Positions 18,192 to 27,442 of a DNA stretch of 64,000 nucleotides are shown piece after piece (the stretch's first letter is position 1; each line of letters begins with the position of its first letter). The stretch comes from a virus (taxonomy: Duplodnaviria; Heunggongvirae; Uroviricota; Caudoviricetes), in the IMG/VR virus record IMGVR_UViG_3300032156_000002, positions 9,023 through 73,022 of that record. One strand, given 5' to 3'. Made by a program: the position numbers and the translations under genes. The notes beneath the pieces are model-generated. The model saw nothing but the letters and a program-made list of their open reading frames with translations, made no database searches and had not been told where the DNA came from.

Positions 18192-19007
18192 ATGGATGAC
18201 ATACGCAAAATGAAAGTGTCCGTCGTAATGGTCGGGCGCTACCGCGCAGAGAATGCGCGCCGCTGTCTGGCCGCGCTCCTCTGCCAGTCGGTCGTACCCG
18301 ACGAGATTGTCATGGCCGATGACGGCGGGAACGCATGGGCGCAGGCCATGCAAAGCCCACTGCCCGGCACGGAGATTGAGTTCAAGTACCACGGGTATCG
18401 CCCGCAGGGCGGCCCAGTGCACGCCTACACGCTCGCGGTCAATGCGGCGTGGCCCAAGGTGACGGGCGACTATGTTTTCATGTGCCCGACCGACATCATC
18501 GCGCCCTATCACGGGATAGAGGCATCGCTCGCTGTACAAGAGGGAACGCACCGAGTCTGCCACATTGTCTACGGCCTGAACGAGGCGATGACCGGGATGC
18601 TGGATGACCCGGCCTTCAAGTGGCTTGGCACGGACTTCGAGATTTTCAAAACCCTCCCCGGCTGGGGCGATGTGATTGGCGCGTCCCCGTTCAACAACGC
18701 GCGCGCCCATGGCTGGTGGCATCACACAATGTTCACGTCCAACACGCGCGAGGGCTGGGAGGAGTTCTGGCCGGGCAAGCCGTTCAGCGACAGCGACCAG
18801 TACGGCAATGACGAACTCTGCCTGTTCGAGATGGAACAGGCCGTCGGGGCGGCATTCAAGGCAGAGGGCGCGACCACGCCTCGCCGTCATCTGACGAAGT
18901 GCGACCTTCCGGTTTATCACCAGTGGCACTACAAGGCGGGCGTCGAGGAGAAGATGTACCGCGGCGAGATGAGTGAGCGAGCGATGCGTGCGTTGGGAGC
19001 ATCCTAG
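18192..19007 (+). CDS. GT-A fold glycosyltransferase, paralog 4.
   Basis: MKVSVVMVGRYRAENARRCLAALLCQSVVPDEIVMADDGGNAW. Same conserved C-terminal motifs. Confidence 0.6.
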   Translation: MDDIRKMKVSVVMVGRYRAENARRCLAALLCQSVVPDEIVMADDGGNAWAQAMQSPLPGTEIEFKYHGYRPQGGPVHAYTLAVNAAWPKVTGDYVFMCPTDIIAPYHGIEASLAVQEGTHRVCHIVYGLNEAMTGMLDDPAFKWLGTDFEIFKTLPGWGDVIGASPFNNARAHGWWHHTMFTSNTREGWEEFWPGKPFSDSDQYGNDELCLFEMEQAVGAAFKAEGATTPRRHLTKCDLPVYHQWHYKAGVEEKMYRGEMSERAMRALGAS

Positions 19008-19807
19008 TGGGCAAACCCACGCCCGCGCAGGCGCGATTCCTCAAGACTATCGCGGAGTATCCGGGGAGCACGGCTGGCAAGTGGGGGTCCGACGCGCGAC
19101 TGTCGGACCCGGAGGGCGTGCGCGACCGCGACAGGCTTCCCCTCAATCTCAAGACCATGATGGTCTGCCTGCGCCTCGGCTGGCTTGACAGCGCCAAGAG
19201 CCGCACGCAGTTGGACTGGGGAGGCGGCCTGCGCACGGTCTATCGCCTGAACGACCGCGGGCGCGCGGCGATTGCGGACCTGCCGCCCGAGGCGTTTATC
19301 AATCCGAGGCGCGTGACCGCCCATACCGTCAAGGGCGAGGCTGGCCGCGTGCTGGATGCGCTCGCCTCCCGTCACCGCTGGCCCGAGTGGGTGTTCATGC
19401 CCGAGGTCAGCCTGCCCGTTCCTGTCCCTCAGGGGTCCTATAGGCCCGCACACAACAAGTCGCATCGCGTTGACGCGCTGGCCGTCAGCATCTACGAGTC
19501 GAGCGGCTACGCGCGCGTGGGTTACGAGGTCAAGGTCACGCGCGCCGATTTTCAAACTGAGATGTGCCGCCCGGAAAAGACACAGGCCAGCGCGATGTGG
19601 TGCAGTGAGTTCTACTTCGCCTGCCCCAAGGGTGTACTTGAGCCGAAGGACGTGCCCGACCCCTACGGCCTTGTGATTATCAACCCAAGGGGTAGCACGC
19701 GCCGGGTGAAGCGCAGTACAATAGAGTCGCGCCCTCCCACGTGGGGCGCAGTGGCATACCTGATTCACCGCATCGTGGACGAAACACAGGAGACCACAAA
19801 TGAGTGA
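19007..19807 (+). CDS. Hypothetical protein, 266 aa, with an N-terminal HTH-like segment and a C-terminal PD-(D/E)XK-like motif.
   Basis: VDALAVSIYE...GYEVKVTRAD fits D..E.K. Weak. Confidence 0.4.
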   Translation: MGKPTPAQARFLKTIAEYPGSTAGKWGSDARLSDPEGVRDRDRLPLNLKTMMVCLRLGWLDSAKSRTQLDWGGGLRTVYRLNDRGRAAIADLPPEAFINPRRVTAHTVKGEAGRVLDALASRHRWPEWVFMPEVSLPVPVPQGSYRPAHNKSHRVDALAVSIYESSGYARVGYEVKVTRADFQTEMCRPEKTQASAMWCSEFYFACPKGVLEPKDVPDPYGLVIINPRGSTRRVKRSTIESRPPTWGAVAYLIHRIVDETQETTNE

Positions 19808-20102
19808 CGCTACGATAGAGATAGGCAAGTCCGACATGATTGGCTCGCCGCCAGCCTTGCCCGAGCCGGTCCTCGAGAAGCACTATGCGGCAATGACATG
19901 GACCGACCGGGAGATGGACGAATTGCGCCGGACGCGGTGCCTGTGTCTGAGGTGCGACCACATGCACTTCAACGCCGCGGGCGAGCAACTCGACAATCAC
20001 TGCCCGTTCGCCGCGACGCTGTTCGCCGTGTGCAAGGCGGCGGACATGGCGACCATGATTACCCGGTGCGGCTACTACCGGCCCAAGGTCCTCGCGACTT
20101 GA
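19800..20102 (+). CDS. Hypothetical Cys-rich 100 aa protein.
   Basis: ORF track. Confidence 0.4.
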   Translation: MSDATIEIGKSDMIGSPPALPEPVLEKHYAAMTWTDREMDELRRTRCLCLRCDHMHFNAAGEQLDNHCPFAATLFAVCKAADMATMITRCGYYRPKVLAT

Positions 20103-20545
20103 CGCCCCCCACGGGCGAGGGGCCGGACCCGCCACGCAATCAATTCGGCAACAAGTTCGACCTCGCACTGAAGGCGGGCGAGGAGTTCGAGGACTTCTTC
20201 CGGGGCCTCGTAGCGAACGCAACGGTGGAGTGCAAGAAGGATTACGTTGCTCGCGAGACCGGCAACCTGTTCGTCGAGTTCGAGTGTCGGAACAAAGCAA
20301 GCGGCCTGTCCGTGACGCAAGCGGATTGGTGGGCGTTCGGAATCGTCGGGGCAGACGGCAACGTGGAGCGCATCGTGCTTGTGTCAACGTCGTGGCTGAA
20401 GCGCGAATGCCGACGCCTGTTTCGACTCGGGCGCATTGCCAAAGGCGGCGATGATGGATTGTCGCGCGGCGTTTTGCTCCCGCTCACCTCTGTCGGGCGC
20501 GAAGGGCAGTCAAACAGGGTAGGCCAACAAGAGTCTGCTCGATAA
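20099..20545 (+). CDS. Hypothetical protein with a TTG start overlapping the upstream stop.
   Basis: In frame with ORF 19898..20545, but its first 67 codons overlap the previous gene. Confidence 0.35.
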   Translation: MTPPTGEGPDPPRNQFGNKFDLALKAGEEFEDFFRGLVANATVECKKDYVARETGNLFVEFECRNKASGLSVTQADWWAFGIVGADGNVERIVLVSTSWLKRECRRLFRLGRIAKGGDDGLSRGVLLPLTSVGREGQSNRVGQQESAR

Positions 20546-20561
20546 CATCGGGGGTGTTAGC

Positions 20562-21956
20562 GTGACATGGGAGATAGTTGTCTCTGACGTGGTGAAGTGG
20601 GCCGCCGAGTACGATGGCCCGCTCTTCCACGCGCTTCTGTGCGACCCGCCCTATCACCTCACCTCGATTGTCAAACGGTTCGGCTCGCCCGACGCGGCTC
20701 CTGCCCAACTAGGGAGCGATGGCCGATTCTCGCGGCTGTCGCGCGGCTTCATGGGCCAGACATGGGACGGCGGCGACGTAGCCTTCCGCCCTGAGACGTG
20801 GGAGGCGCTCGCGCGCGTGTGCACCCCCGGCGCGTACCTGCTCGCGTTCGGCGGCACGCGGACCTTCCACCGGCTCGCCTGTGCCATTGAGGATGCGGGC
20901 TGGGAGATACGGGACACTCTCATGTGGGTGTACGGGAGCGGATTTCCAAAGTCGCACGATGTGAGCAAGGGCATAGACCGCGCCGCGGGCGCGAAGCGCG
21001 AGGTGGTGGGGCGCTCTCCATACTCGTCTCGCAGGCCCAAACCAATCCGCGGCAACGGGGAAATCATAGGCGTCGAAGGGGGCGATAGACATCCGGGCGG
21101 CGCGGTTAGTGTCACCGCCCCCGCCACCGCCCCCGCCAAGCAATGGGATGGCTGGGGCACGGCGCTCAAGCCAGCATGGGAACCCATAATCGTCGCGCGC
21201 AAGCCGCTCGAAGGGACAGTCGCGGCCAACGTCCAGAAGTGGGGCGCGGGCGCGCTGAACATTGACGGATGCAGGGTGGGGACTGAAGCGCATACCTATC
21301 GGGCACGGGGGACGAAAAACCTCGTAGACCAACACGCTTCGAGCGACCGCCCATATATTGCTGGACTTCCGAATCGTGATGAGCCGGAGGTGTCTGTGTC
21401 TGGCCGCTGGCCCGCGAACCTGATACACGACGGGAGCGAGGAGGTCGTGGAGAGGTTCCCGCAAACGACAACGGGAAGCGGACACGTTAGACATGCTGGC
21501 CATGTTAGCAATGGCGGGAGCGGTTACAAGAGCAAGGCGGGCACCGATGCCTATTGGCAAGGCGACTCCGGCTCCGCCGCCCGGTTTTTTTACGAGGCCA
21601 AGGCGAGCGCCGACGAACGCGAACAGAATCTACTTGGGAGCATTCCGTGCGTCCATTGCGGAGGACTTGACACAGTGACGCACAAGGATGACGAGGGACG
21701 GAATGTGCCGTGTCGGCGCAACGTCCATCCCACGGTCAAACCGATTGCGCTCGCGCAGTACCTCGCTCGACTCATCCTGCCCGCGCCGGTGGCCGCGCCG
21801 CGCCGCATCCTTGTGCCGTTCAGCGGGTCTGGCAGTGAGATGCTGGGCGCGTTGTACGCGGGGTGGGAGATGGTCCTTGGCATAGAAATCTCGCCCGAGT
21901 ACGCGGACATCGCGCGCGCCCGGCTTGCGCGGGATATTCAAGCACCACTATTGTAG
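20562..21956 (+). CDS. DNA methyltransferase, beta-class N6A/N4C (DPPY then FxGxG), probably an orphan. GTG start.
   Basis: LLCDPPYHL near the N-terminus and VPFSGSGSEMLGA near the C-terminus. 464 aa with a large insertion. Confidence 0.8.
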   Translation: MTWEIVVSDVVKWAAEYDGPLFHALLCDPPYHLTSIVKRFGSPDAAPAQLGSDGRFSRLSRGFMGQTWDGGDVAFRPETWEALARVCTPGAYLLAFGGTRTFHRLACAIEDAGWEIRDTLMWVYGSGFPKSHDVSKGIDRAAGAKREVVGRSPYSSRRPKPIRGNGEIIGVEGGDRHPGGAVSVTAPATAPAKQWDGWGTALKPAWEPIIVARKPLEGTVAANVQKWGAGALNIDGCRVGTEAHTYRARGTKNLVDQHASSDRPYIAGLPNRDEPEVSVSGRWPANLIHDGSEEVVERFPQTTTGSGHVRHAGHVSNGGSGYKSKAGTDAYWQGDSGSAARFFYEAKASADEREQNLLGSIPCVHCGGLDTVTHKDDEGRNVPCRRNVHPTVKPIALAQYLARLILPAPVAAPRRILVPFSGSGSEMLGALYAGWEMVLGIEISPEYADIARARLARDIQAPLL

Positions 21957-21974
21957 GTCATATCGCCAACACAG

Positions 21975-22259
21975 TTGGTTCAGGAGGATAGCATGCCGAA
22001 CACACCGATGGGATTACTGGAATACCTGCCTGAGTTCGTCAGGGCATTCACGGAACAAATCACGAACGATGACGCGCGCTGGGGGGCGACATGGCGCAAT
22101 CGCCCGCGCGCAGGGCAGGTCGAGCGCATGTGGGCGCGCCTCGCCGACTACAAGGACCAATTCGACAACGCGGGCACGCCTATCCCGTGGCTCAAGGTTG
22201 TGGGCGAGGCGTTCGTCGGCTGGGTGCGTGACACCTATCCTGATTATCAAACGCGGTAG
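21975..22259 (+). CDS. Hypothetical 94 aa protein.
   Basis: ORF track. Confidence 0.4.
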   Translation: MVQEDSMPNTPMGLLEYLPEFVRAFTEQITNDDARWGATWRNRPRAGQVERMWARLADYKDQFDNAGTPIPWLKVVGEAFVGWVRDTYPDYQTR

Positions 22260-22277
22260 CGGGCATGGAGTAGGTCA

Positions 22278-22505
22278 ATGGACAGACTGCGCCACTGGCT
22301 CCTGAAACATTGGAACTGGAAGTACACCGGCGTGGGCGTCATCCTTGAGGTGAACGCCGGGCCGCACGGGGATTATCAATTGTGCCTGCGCCTATGGCCG
22401 CTGATGTGGGACTTGGACGCCTTCCGGTCCAGCGTCGTAGTGCCGTTTGTCTTGCACATTGGCCCGATTGAGGCGACGGTCGAGCGCCACGGCGACGAGT
22501 CTTGA
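22278..22505 (+). CDS. Hypothetical 75 aa protein.
   Basis: ORF track. Confidence 0.35.
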   Translation: MDRLRHWLLKHWNWKYTGVGVILEVNAGPHGDYQLCLRLWPLMWDLDAFRSSVVVPFVLHIGPIEATVERHGDES

Positions 22506-22535
22506 CATTGGTCCGCGGACGGTATACTATTGTCA
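22504..22535 (+). promoter_or_regulatory. Promoter-like element at the start of a roughly 770 bp non-coding region.
   Basis: cTTGACAttggtccgcggacggTATACTatt. The spacer resembles the ccgcacg family. Confidence 0.35.
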
Positions 22536-23281
22536 TGTGGTCACGCCGGTGCGCTTCGCATCGCCCGACTCCTCGGAGCCAGCGCACATGCGACTGGCGC
22601 TAGGCGCGGCCACTGGTCATGCTCTGCGCCGACCCCGGTACACTCGTCCCTACGGTGCCGCGGTCACAACCGCCGCATTCAGTGGCAGTCCCTACGGGGC
22701 GGCGCGGAGCAATCATACGGGAAGGGAGGGCGCATGTTCACAAGGATGTACGGAGCATTGGCCGGAGCAGTCTATTGGCTGGGGCAACGGATGATGGGTA
22801 TTCGGTCTTGGCGGTAGGCATCGTTGGTCGTTGGGTGTGTCCCCGCACAACTATCGGGGGCGTGGAAGGCGAGAATCCCCGAGCACCCGTCTGGCGGCCC
22901 GTCTCACAAGGCGCGCAGAGGTAAGCGGCTACGCGGGTGCCCGGCTCCTGCGGGCAGTCGCTCCCGCCGCGGCGATTGAGCGCCTGCATTCGCAAACGCA
23001 GGAGCCGGGAACTAACAGGGCGGCCCTACGCTAACAAAAGGGCCTTGAGCCACCGAGCCATAGTCGCTACCCCCGGCAACGGAAGTTGTGTGCCGGGCTA
23101 CCCGACCTCGGCGTGGCAGGGCCGCCCAACTGACAGGGACAAGTCTGCGATGCGTTGACTTGCTTGTTGCCATAGGGTGCGCCAGCCAAGGGTACCCGGA
23201 GAGGCAATCTAGCCAACCCTGATGGAACGCTGAGAGCAGACACACAAGTGCACGCTTCAAGGCGCGCGCGGGAGATGTGGG

Positions 23282-23854
23282 ATGCAAACACTGTGCGTTG
23301 ACATTGACGGCCCGCTCGCCAATTTTGAACAGGCGGCCACCGACCGATTCGGAATCGGGCGTGGCCGCGAATCGTATTCGCTCGAAGCGCGCTTCCCCGA
23401 CCGGACCGCCGCTGTTCGCAAGTGGGCAGACAACCCCGACACGTACCGCGACCTATCCGTTGTTGATGGTGCGCGCGATGGCCTCGCCGCGATTGTCAAA
23501 CTCTGCCCTTGCCTCGAAATCCTCGCCGTGAGCGCACGGCCCCACGAGTCCTACGACATCACCTACGCATGGCTCAATCGCCATCACCTGCTTGCCCTCC
23601 TGAGCGGCTTGACGATTGTCAACTTTCAAGTGAAGCCCGAGGTCATCTGCTCGCTGGACCCCGTGGCCGCCATCGAGGATAGCCCGGCTCAGGCGCAGGC
23701 ACTCGCGGTCAAGGGCGTGCCAGTTATCCTATTCGACGCGCTCTACAACCAAGAACTCTGGACCGACATGCCGCCGGGTCACGCGCGTGCACGCGGCTGG
23801 CTTGAGGTCGCATCCATTGTGCCTGTGTGGGTCAGGGAGCGGGAGGCCCCTTGA
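23282..23854 (+). CDS. HAD-superfamily 5'(3')-deoxyribonucleotidase-like protein.
   Basis: VDIDGPLANFE is the DxDG HAD motif I in the NT5C arrangement. 190 aa. Confidence 0.55.
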   Translation: MQTLCVDIDGPLANFEQAATDRFGIGRGRESYSLEARFPDRTAAVRKWADNPDTYRDLSVVDGARDGLAAIVKLCPCLEILAVSARPHESYDITYAWLNRHHLLALLSGLTIVNFQVKPEVICSLDPVAAIEDSPAQAQALAVKGVPVILFDALYNQELWTDMPPGHARARGWLEVASIVPVWVREREAP

Positions 23855-23855
23855 G

Positions 23856-24146
23856 ATGTTGCTTGTGACGATTCAACTTATCCCGCAAGGAAACGTAGAG
23901 AACGCCCGGACGTTGGCGACCATCGAGATTGCCAATCTCGGAACGGGCAACGCGAAGATAGGCAACTACGCCTACCACGTTGTGTCAGATAGGCGGTCGG
24001 CGTCGGGGTGCAGGGCAACCGGGTTGCTCGTGGGATGGAGGCGCGACCGAAATCTGTTTCCGTTCATCGCCCGCATACTCGAACGCATGAAGCACGAGAT
24101 GCCCGAGATGTACGATGCGCCGTGGCTCGACCGGGAGGCCGGATGA
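23856..24146 (+). CDS. Hypothetical 97 aa protein.
   Basis: Internal Met of ORF 23787..24146, placed just after the upstream stop. Confidence 0.4.
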   Translation: MLLVTIQLIPQGNVENARTLATIEIANLGTGNAKIGNYAYHVVSDRRSASGCRATGLLVGWRRDRNLFPFIARILERMKHEMPEMYDAPWLDREAG

Positions 24147-24703
24147 AAAGTCTGTGTGAGCGGTGCCGCAAGCCATACACGCGCAAGACCCGTTCGAAGT
24201 ATTGCTTGACCTGCCGCCCGATTGTCAAGAGGGAGTACGCCGTGGTCGGCAGGGGCACGGTCCGCTGTCACAAAGACGCTGTGCCTATCCCCTCGATTAT
24301 CAATGCCCACTACGTGGACCGCGATGCCTCCACGCTCGGGCGCGAGAAACTGCGCGACCTGTTGCGGCGCGTTGTGCCTACGGGCGCATATGCGGTCATG
24401 GCGACGCGCGAGGACTCGACCTACGCTATCGGCGCGACCTTCGCGCAGAACGAAATCATCGAGACCCTGATAGACGGCTTTTGGGAGCGGGGCATCATTC
24501 TCAAGGGGCCGGGCGGGATACTCCGCGTCACGGGTGAGGGCGCGCCCCAACGGTTGGAGCGGTGGTGCCTGAGATGCAACCAGTACCGGAGCATCGCGGA
24601 CTTCTACACCGTGCACGGGATGCTCACGCCCTACTGTGCTCACTGTACGCCGCGCAAGTTGCCGCGCAATGTGGCGCTCGCAGAACTGGCGGGAGGGACA
24701 TGA
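24143..24703 (+). CDS. Zn-ribbon protein, 186 aa, ending in ...LAGGT.
   Basis: CERCRKPY...CLTCRP...CLRCNQY...CAHC. The start overlaps the previous stop (ATGA). Confidence 0.5.
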   Translation: MKSLCERCRKPYTRKTRSKYCLTCRPIVKREYAVVGRGTVRCHKDAVPIPSIINAHYVDRDASTLGREKLRDLLRRVVPTGAYAVMATREDSTYAIGATFAQNEIIETLIDGFWERGIILKGPGGILRVTGEGAPQRLERWCLRCNQYRSIADFYTVHGMLTPYCAHCTPRKLPRNVALAELAGGT

Positions 24704-25266
24704 TGGACGCGAAGCCAAGTGGCGAAGTCTGTCAATCTTGTGGTCGTGCCTACGATACGGTTTATCACGTCCCCGACTCTGTGTGGGCACGACTGTTGCC
24801 CAACAAGGCACCGGCTGGCCTTCTCTGTATTCCATGTGCCATCCGCATTGCGGGAGAGAAAGGGATTGACTTGTGGTGGGATGCGGCGGAGAACGATTTT
24901 CCAACCGCCGCCCTCGAATCGCAGGTGGCGGAGGCGCTAGGCAGGGAGCAACTCGCTAACATCCGCGTCGAGGCCATGATGGATGGCATGCGCAAGACGG
25001 ACGCGCGACTCATGGATGCTCGCAGGATGCTCTCGGACGATTACAACATCATGGTCGCCATACACACCAAGCGGAGGGATGCCGAGCGCCAACTTTCGGA
25101 GATGCAGAATACGGCGAAAGAGAATGGTTGGATGAAGCGCATCCTGTTAGCCATGTCCCCGGCCTACTGGATGGGGTGGGTCGAGGGGCCTCACTATGCG
25201 ACAGGCGACTTCGACGAACTGGCATTCTTTCGCGCACTGCGGAATATCAATGCGGCAGGAGGTTGA
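24700..25266 (+). CDS. MMDAK-family small protein, 188 aa.
   Basis: Starts MMDAKPSGEVCQSCGRAY immediately after the conserved GGAGGGACATGATGGACGCGAAG junction. Confidence 0.5.
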   Translation: MMDAKPSGEVCQSCGRAYDTVYHVPDSVWARLLPNKAPAGLLCIPCAIRIAGEKGIDLWWDAAENDFPTAALESQVAEALGREQLANIRVEAMMDGMRKTDARLMDARRMLSDDYNIMVAIHTKRRDAERQLSEMQNTAKENGWMKRILLAMSPAYWMGWVEGPHYATGDFDELAFFRALRNINAAGG

Positions 25267-25267
25267 C

Positions 25268-25579
25268 GTGGGAACGAAGTGTGCCGCAGTCGTGTGGCTC
25301 GACTCTGTGATGGTAAAGCCGGGTTGGTTGCCACCCGGCGGGATTGAGGCGTTTGAGGCGAAGGCCAGCATGATACACGTCTCTGTCGGGATGCTCGTGG
25401 AGGGGGCAGACTACATCCTTCTTTTTCAATCAGCGAGCGCAGAGTGGCAGGATGGCCGGAAAGAGCATGCCAATCTCATCAAAATCCCGCGCGTGTCTGT
25501 GCTCAGGTGCTCGTACTTCGACATTGACTTCGAGAAACTAACCAGTCTGAGCACAGGACAACCAGAGGTGAAGCGATGA
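25268..25579 (+). CDS. Hypothetical protein with a GTG start and a GGAGG RBS.
   Basis: ORF 25196..25579. gcaggagg lies 5 nt upstream of the GTG. Confidence 0.4.
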   Translation: MGTKCAAVVWLDSVMVKPGWLPPGGIEAFEAKASMIHVSVGMLVEGADYILLFQSASAEWQDGRKEHANLIKIPRVSVLRCSYFDIDFEKLTSLSTGQPEVKR

Positions 25580-25689
25580 AGATGATGAAGATTTGGAAGT
25601 GGTTGCGATGGTTTGTGCGCACCTGTTGGGGAGATTACTTCAGGCCGGGCGCGTATATGGAACTTCCTTTCGAGCCGTGGGAGTAGTCC

Positions 25690-26064
25690 ATGCCTAACCT
25701 AATCCGCTACGTGAACGAATGCGAACGCATCCCGACTGGGTGGGGATTGGCATGGCGCGACTGGACGTGCCAGCGCGCGGCGGTCATGCCCATCCCTCTC
25801 AACCTGCTCGCATGGGTGGGCATTGCCGCCTACCGATGGCTGACCATGCTACCGCCGACGCGCCTCGAACGTGCCATGTCGGAGCAATACAGCGCCGGTC
25901 GCAGGCGCGGTTATCACGAGGGGCATCAGGCGGCGATGGCACTCTTGTTAGAGATGACCGAATTGCATAGGGTAGCCGACCTGATGCGCGCCGACGAGCA
26001 CGGGCCAGTGATGTCGCCGCCGGTGAAGAGGGGAGATGCGCATGCCGAACTCGACACTGCCTGA
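25690..26064 (+). CDS. Hypothetical 124 aa protein.
   Basis: ORF track. Confidence 0.45.
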   Translation: MPNLIRYVNECERIPTGWGLAWRDWTCQRAAVMPIPLNLLAWVGIAAYRWLTMLPPTRLERAMSEQYSAGRRRGYHEGHQAAMALLLEMTELHRVADLMRADEHGPVMSPPVKRGDAHAELDTA

Positions 26065-26383
26065 AGGCCAAATCCGCCTCGGCTCCGACGCCGCGAATGC
26101 CTTGGGCTTTACCAAGGACAAGTTCACCGGCTACCTGTGGCACGACGGCAACGCCATTTACATATCGCTCATCGAGTCGCTGGACCAAGGCAAGGGGCAT
26201 CTCAAGGCGCTGTTCGACCGCATCTTCGAACTGGGCTACGCCGTGAAAGTGCCGACGCCCTTGCCGCTCATGGAGGCGATTCTCAAGCACGAGGGATTTG
26301 TCCACACGATGGAGTTTGACCCGCTCGTTGGCGACAACTGCGACGTGTGGTGCAAGGCGAGCGAAGCCGCGGTGCCGATATGA
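26036..26383 (+). CDS. Possible minimal GNAT-like acetyltransferase.
   Basis: IESLDQGKGHLKALFDRIFELGYAVKV resembles GNAT motif A, Q/RxxGxG/A. Weak. Confidence 0.3.
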   Translation: MRMPNSTLPEGQIRLGSDAANALGFTKDKFTGYLWHDGNAIYISLIESLDQGKGHLKALFDRIFELGYAVKVPTPLPLMEAILKHEGFVHTMEFDPLVGDNCDVWCKASEAAVPI

Positions 26384-27018
26384 CCATCGAGTTGCATCAC
26401 GGCGAATTCCAGACCGCGGACATTCAGCCCGAGTCGGTGGATGTCATCGCCACCGACCCGCCCTACCCGAAACCCTACCGGGGCCTGTGGCCGGACCTCG
26501 CCGTGTTCGCACAGCGCGTGCTCAAGCCCGGCGGGAGCCTGCTTGCTATCACCCCGCACTACCTGTTGCCTTGGGTCATCCAACAGTGGGGCGAGGCCGG
26601 GCTGAAGTACCGCTGGATTCTCAAGATGGACCAAGAGGCCGGACCGCACCCGCGCATGGCCATGGGAGTCGAGGTCACGTGGAAGCCGATTCTCTGGTAC
26701 GTCAAGGGAAACTTCCCGCGTGGGCGCGGCTTTGTGAAAGACGGATTTGAGTCTGTGACGAAGGGCGAACTCCTCGCCGTGCGCGGCCAGCCCTTCGAGT
26801 GGATGCAATCGCTGAACTGGGCCGAACACATGATGAGGTTTGTCAAGCCCGGCGAGTTGGTCGTGGACCCCATGATGGGCGTCGGCACCCTGCCCCTCGT
26901 AGCAGGCCAGCACGGAGTTGATGTCATCGGAGTCGAGAAGGACGAGGACGTTTATCAATTCGCCGTGGACCGGCTCCTCAAGGCAAACCTGTTCGTAACA
27001 GAAAAGAGGCTGACATGA
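26380..27018 (+). CDS. DNA methyltransferase, beta-class DPPY, probably a second orphan MTase.
   Basis: VIATDPPYPKP and VVDPMMGVGTLPLVA. Start at the internal MTIELHHG of ORF 26347..27018. Confidence 0.7.
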   Translation: MTIELHHGEFQTADIQPESVDVIATDPPYPKPYRGLWPDLAVFAQRVLKPGGSLLAITPHYLLPWVIQQWGEAGLKYRWILKMDQEAGPHPRMAMGVEVTWKPILWYVKGNFPRGRGFVKDGFESVTKGELLAVRGQPFEWMQSLNWAEHMMRFVKPGELVVDPMMGVGTLPLVAGQHGVDVIGVEKDEDVYQFAVDRLLKANLFVTEKRLT

Positions 27019-27371
27019 GGTACACCTTCAAAAAGAACAAGGGCAACACCTACGAGATAGAGGTCTCGGGCATGTGGCCGGGCAAGATTCTCTGCCCAAG
27101 CATCCGCGAGAGCATCGCCAAGTGGCGAGCCATCGTGCGGTTCCTCACGGCCAACAACAGTGCGGTGCTGGTGAAGGCGGGGGGCGGTTGCGCCCTCTGC
27201 CATTCCTACCTCGACATTCTCCTGATTGACCCGTGCTATCACTGCCCGATTTTCAAGGTAACGCACATCAACAAGTGCTTGAGTACGCCCTTCCGCCAGC
27301 GCCCCGAACTCCGTCACGCTGAGGCCGAGGTGCTGTTTCTGCGCGCTATCCTGAAGTTGAACGGCGGATGA
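27015..27371 (+). CDS. Hypothetical Cys-rich 118 aa protein.
   Basis: ORF track. Confidence 0.45.
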   Translation: MRYTFKKNKGNTYEIEVSGMWPGKILCPSIRESIAKWRAIVRFLTANNSAVLVKAGGGCALCHSYLDILLIDPCYHCPIFKVTHINKCLSTPFRQRPELRHAEAEVLFLRAILKLNGG

Positions 27372-27442
27372 CGGTTGTCTATGTTGCCCCTCATTCTCGT
27401 GGGTATCATTGTCTTTTTCCTGCTACTTTTGGCGATTGACCC

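Noticed and set aside
18063-21560. Long antisense ORFs 18063..18929, 19004..19837, 19680..20387 and 20709..21560 on the minus strand.
   Set aside because: They are antisense to well-supported GT, MTase and neighbouring genes, and have low-complexity Arg/Pro/Gly-rich translations. These are high-GC shadow ORFs.
22447-22995. Several 80-115 aa ORFs inside the 22.5-23.3 kb region.
   Set aside because: All frames give Arg/Gly/Pro-rich low-complexity peptides without RBSs. The region is treated as non-coding.
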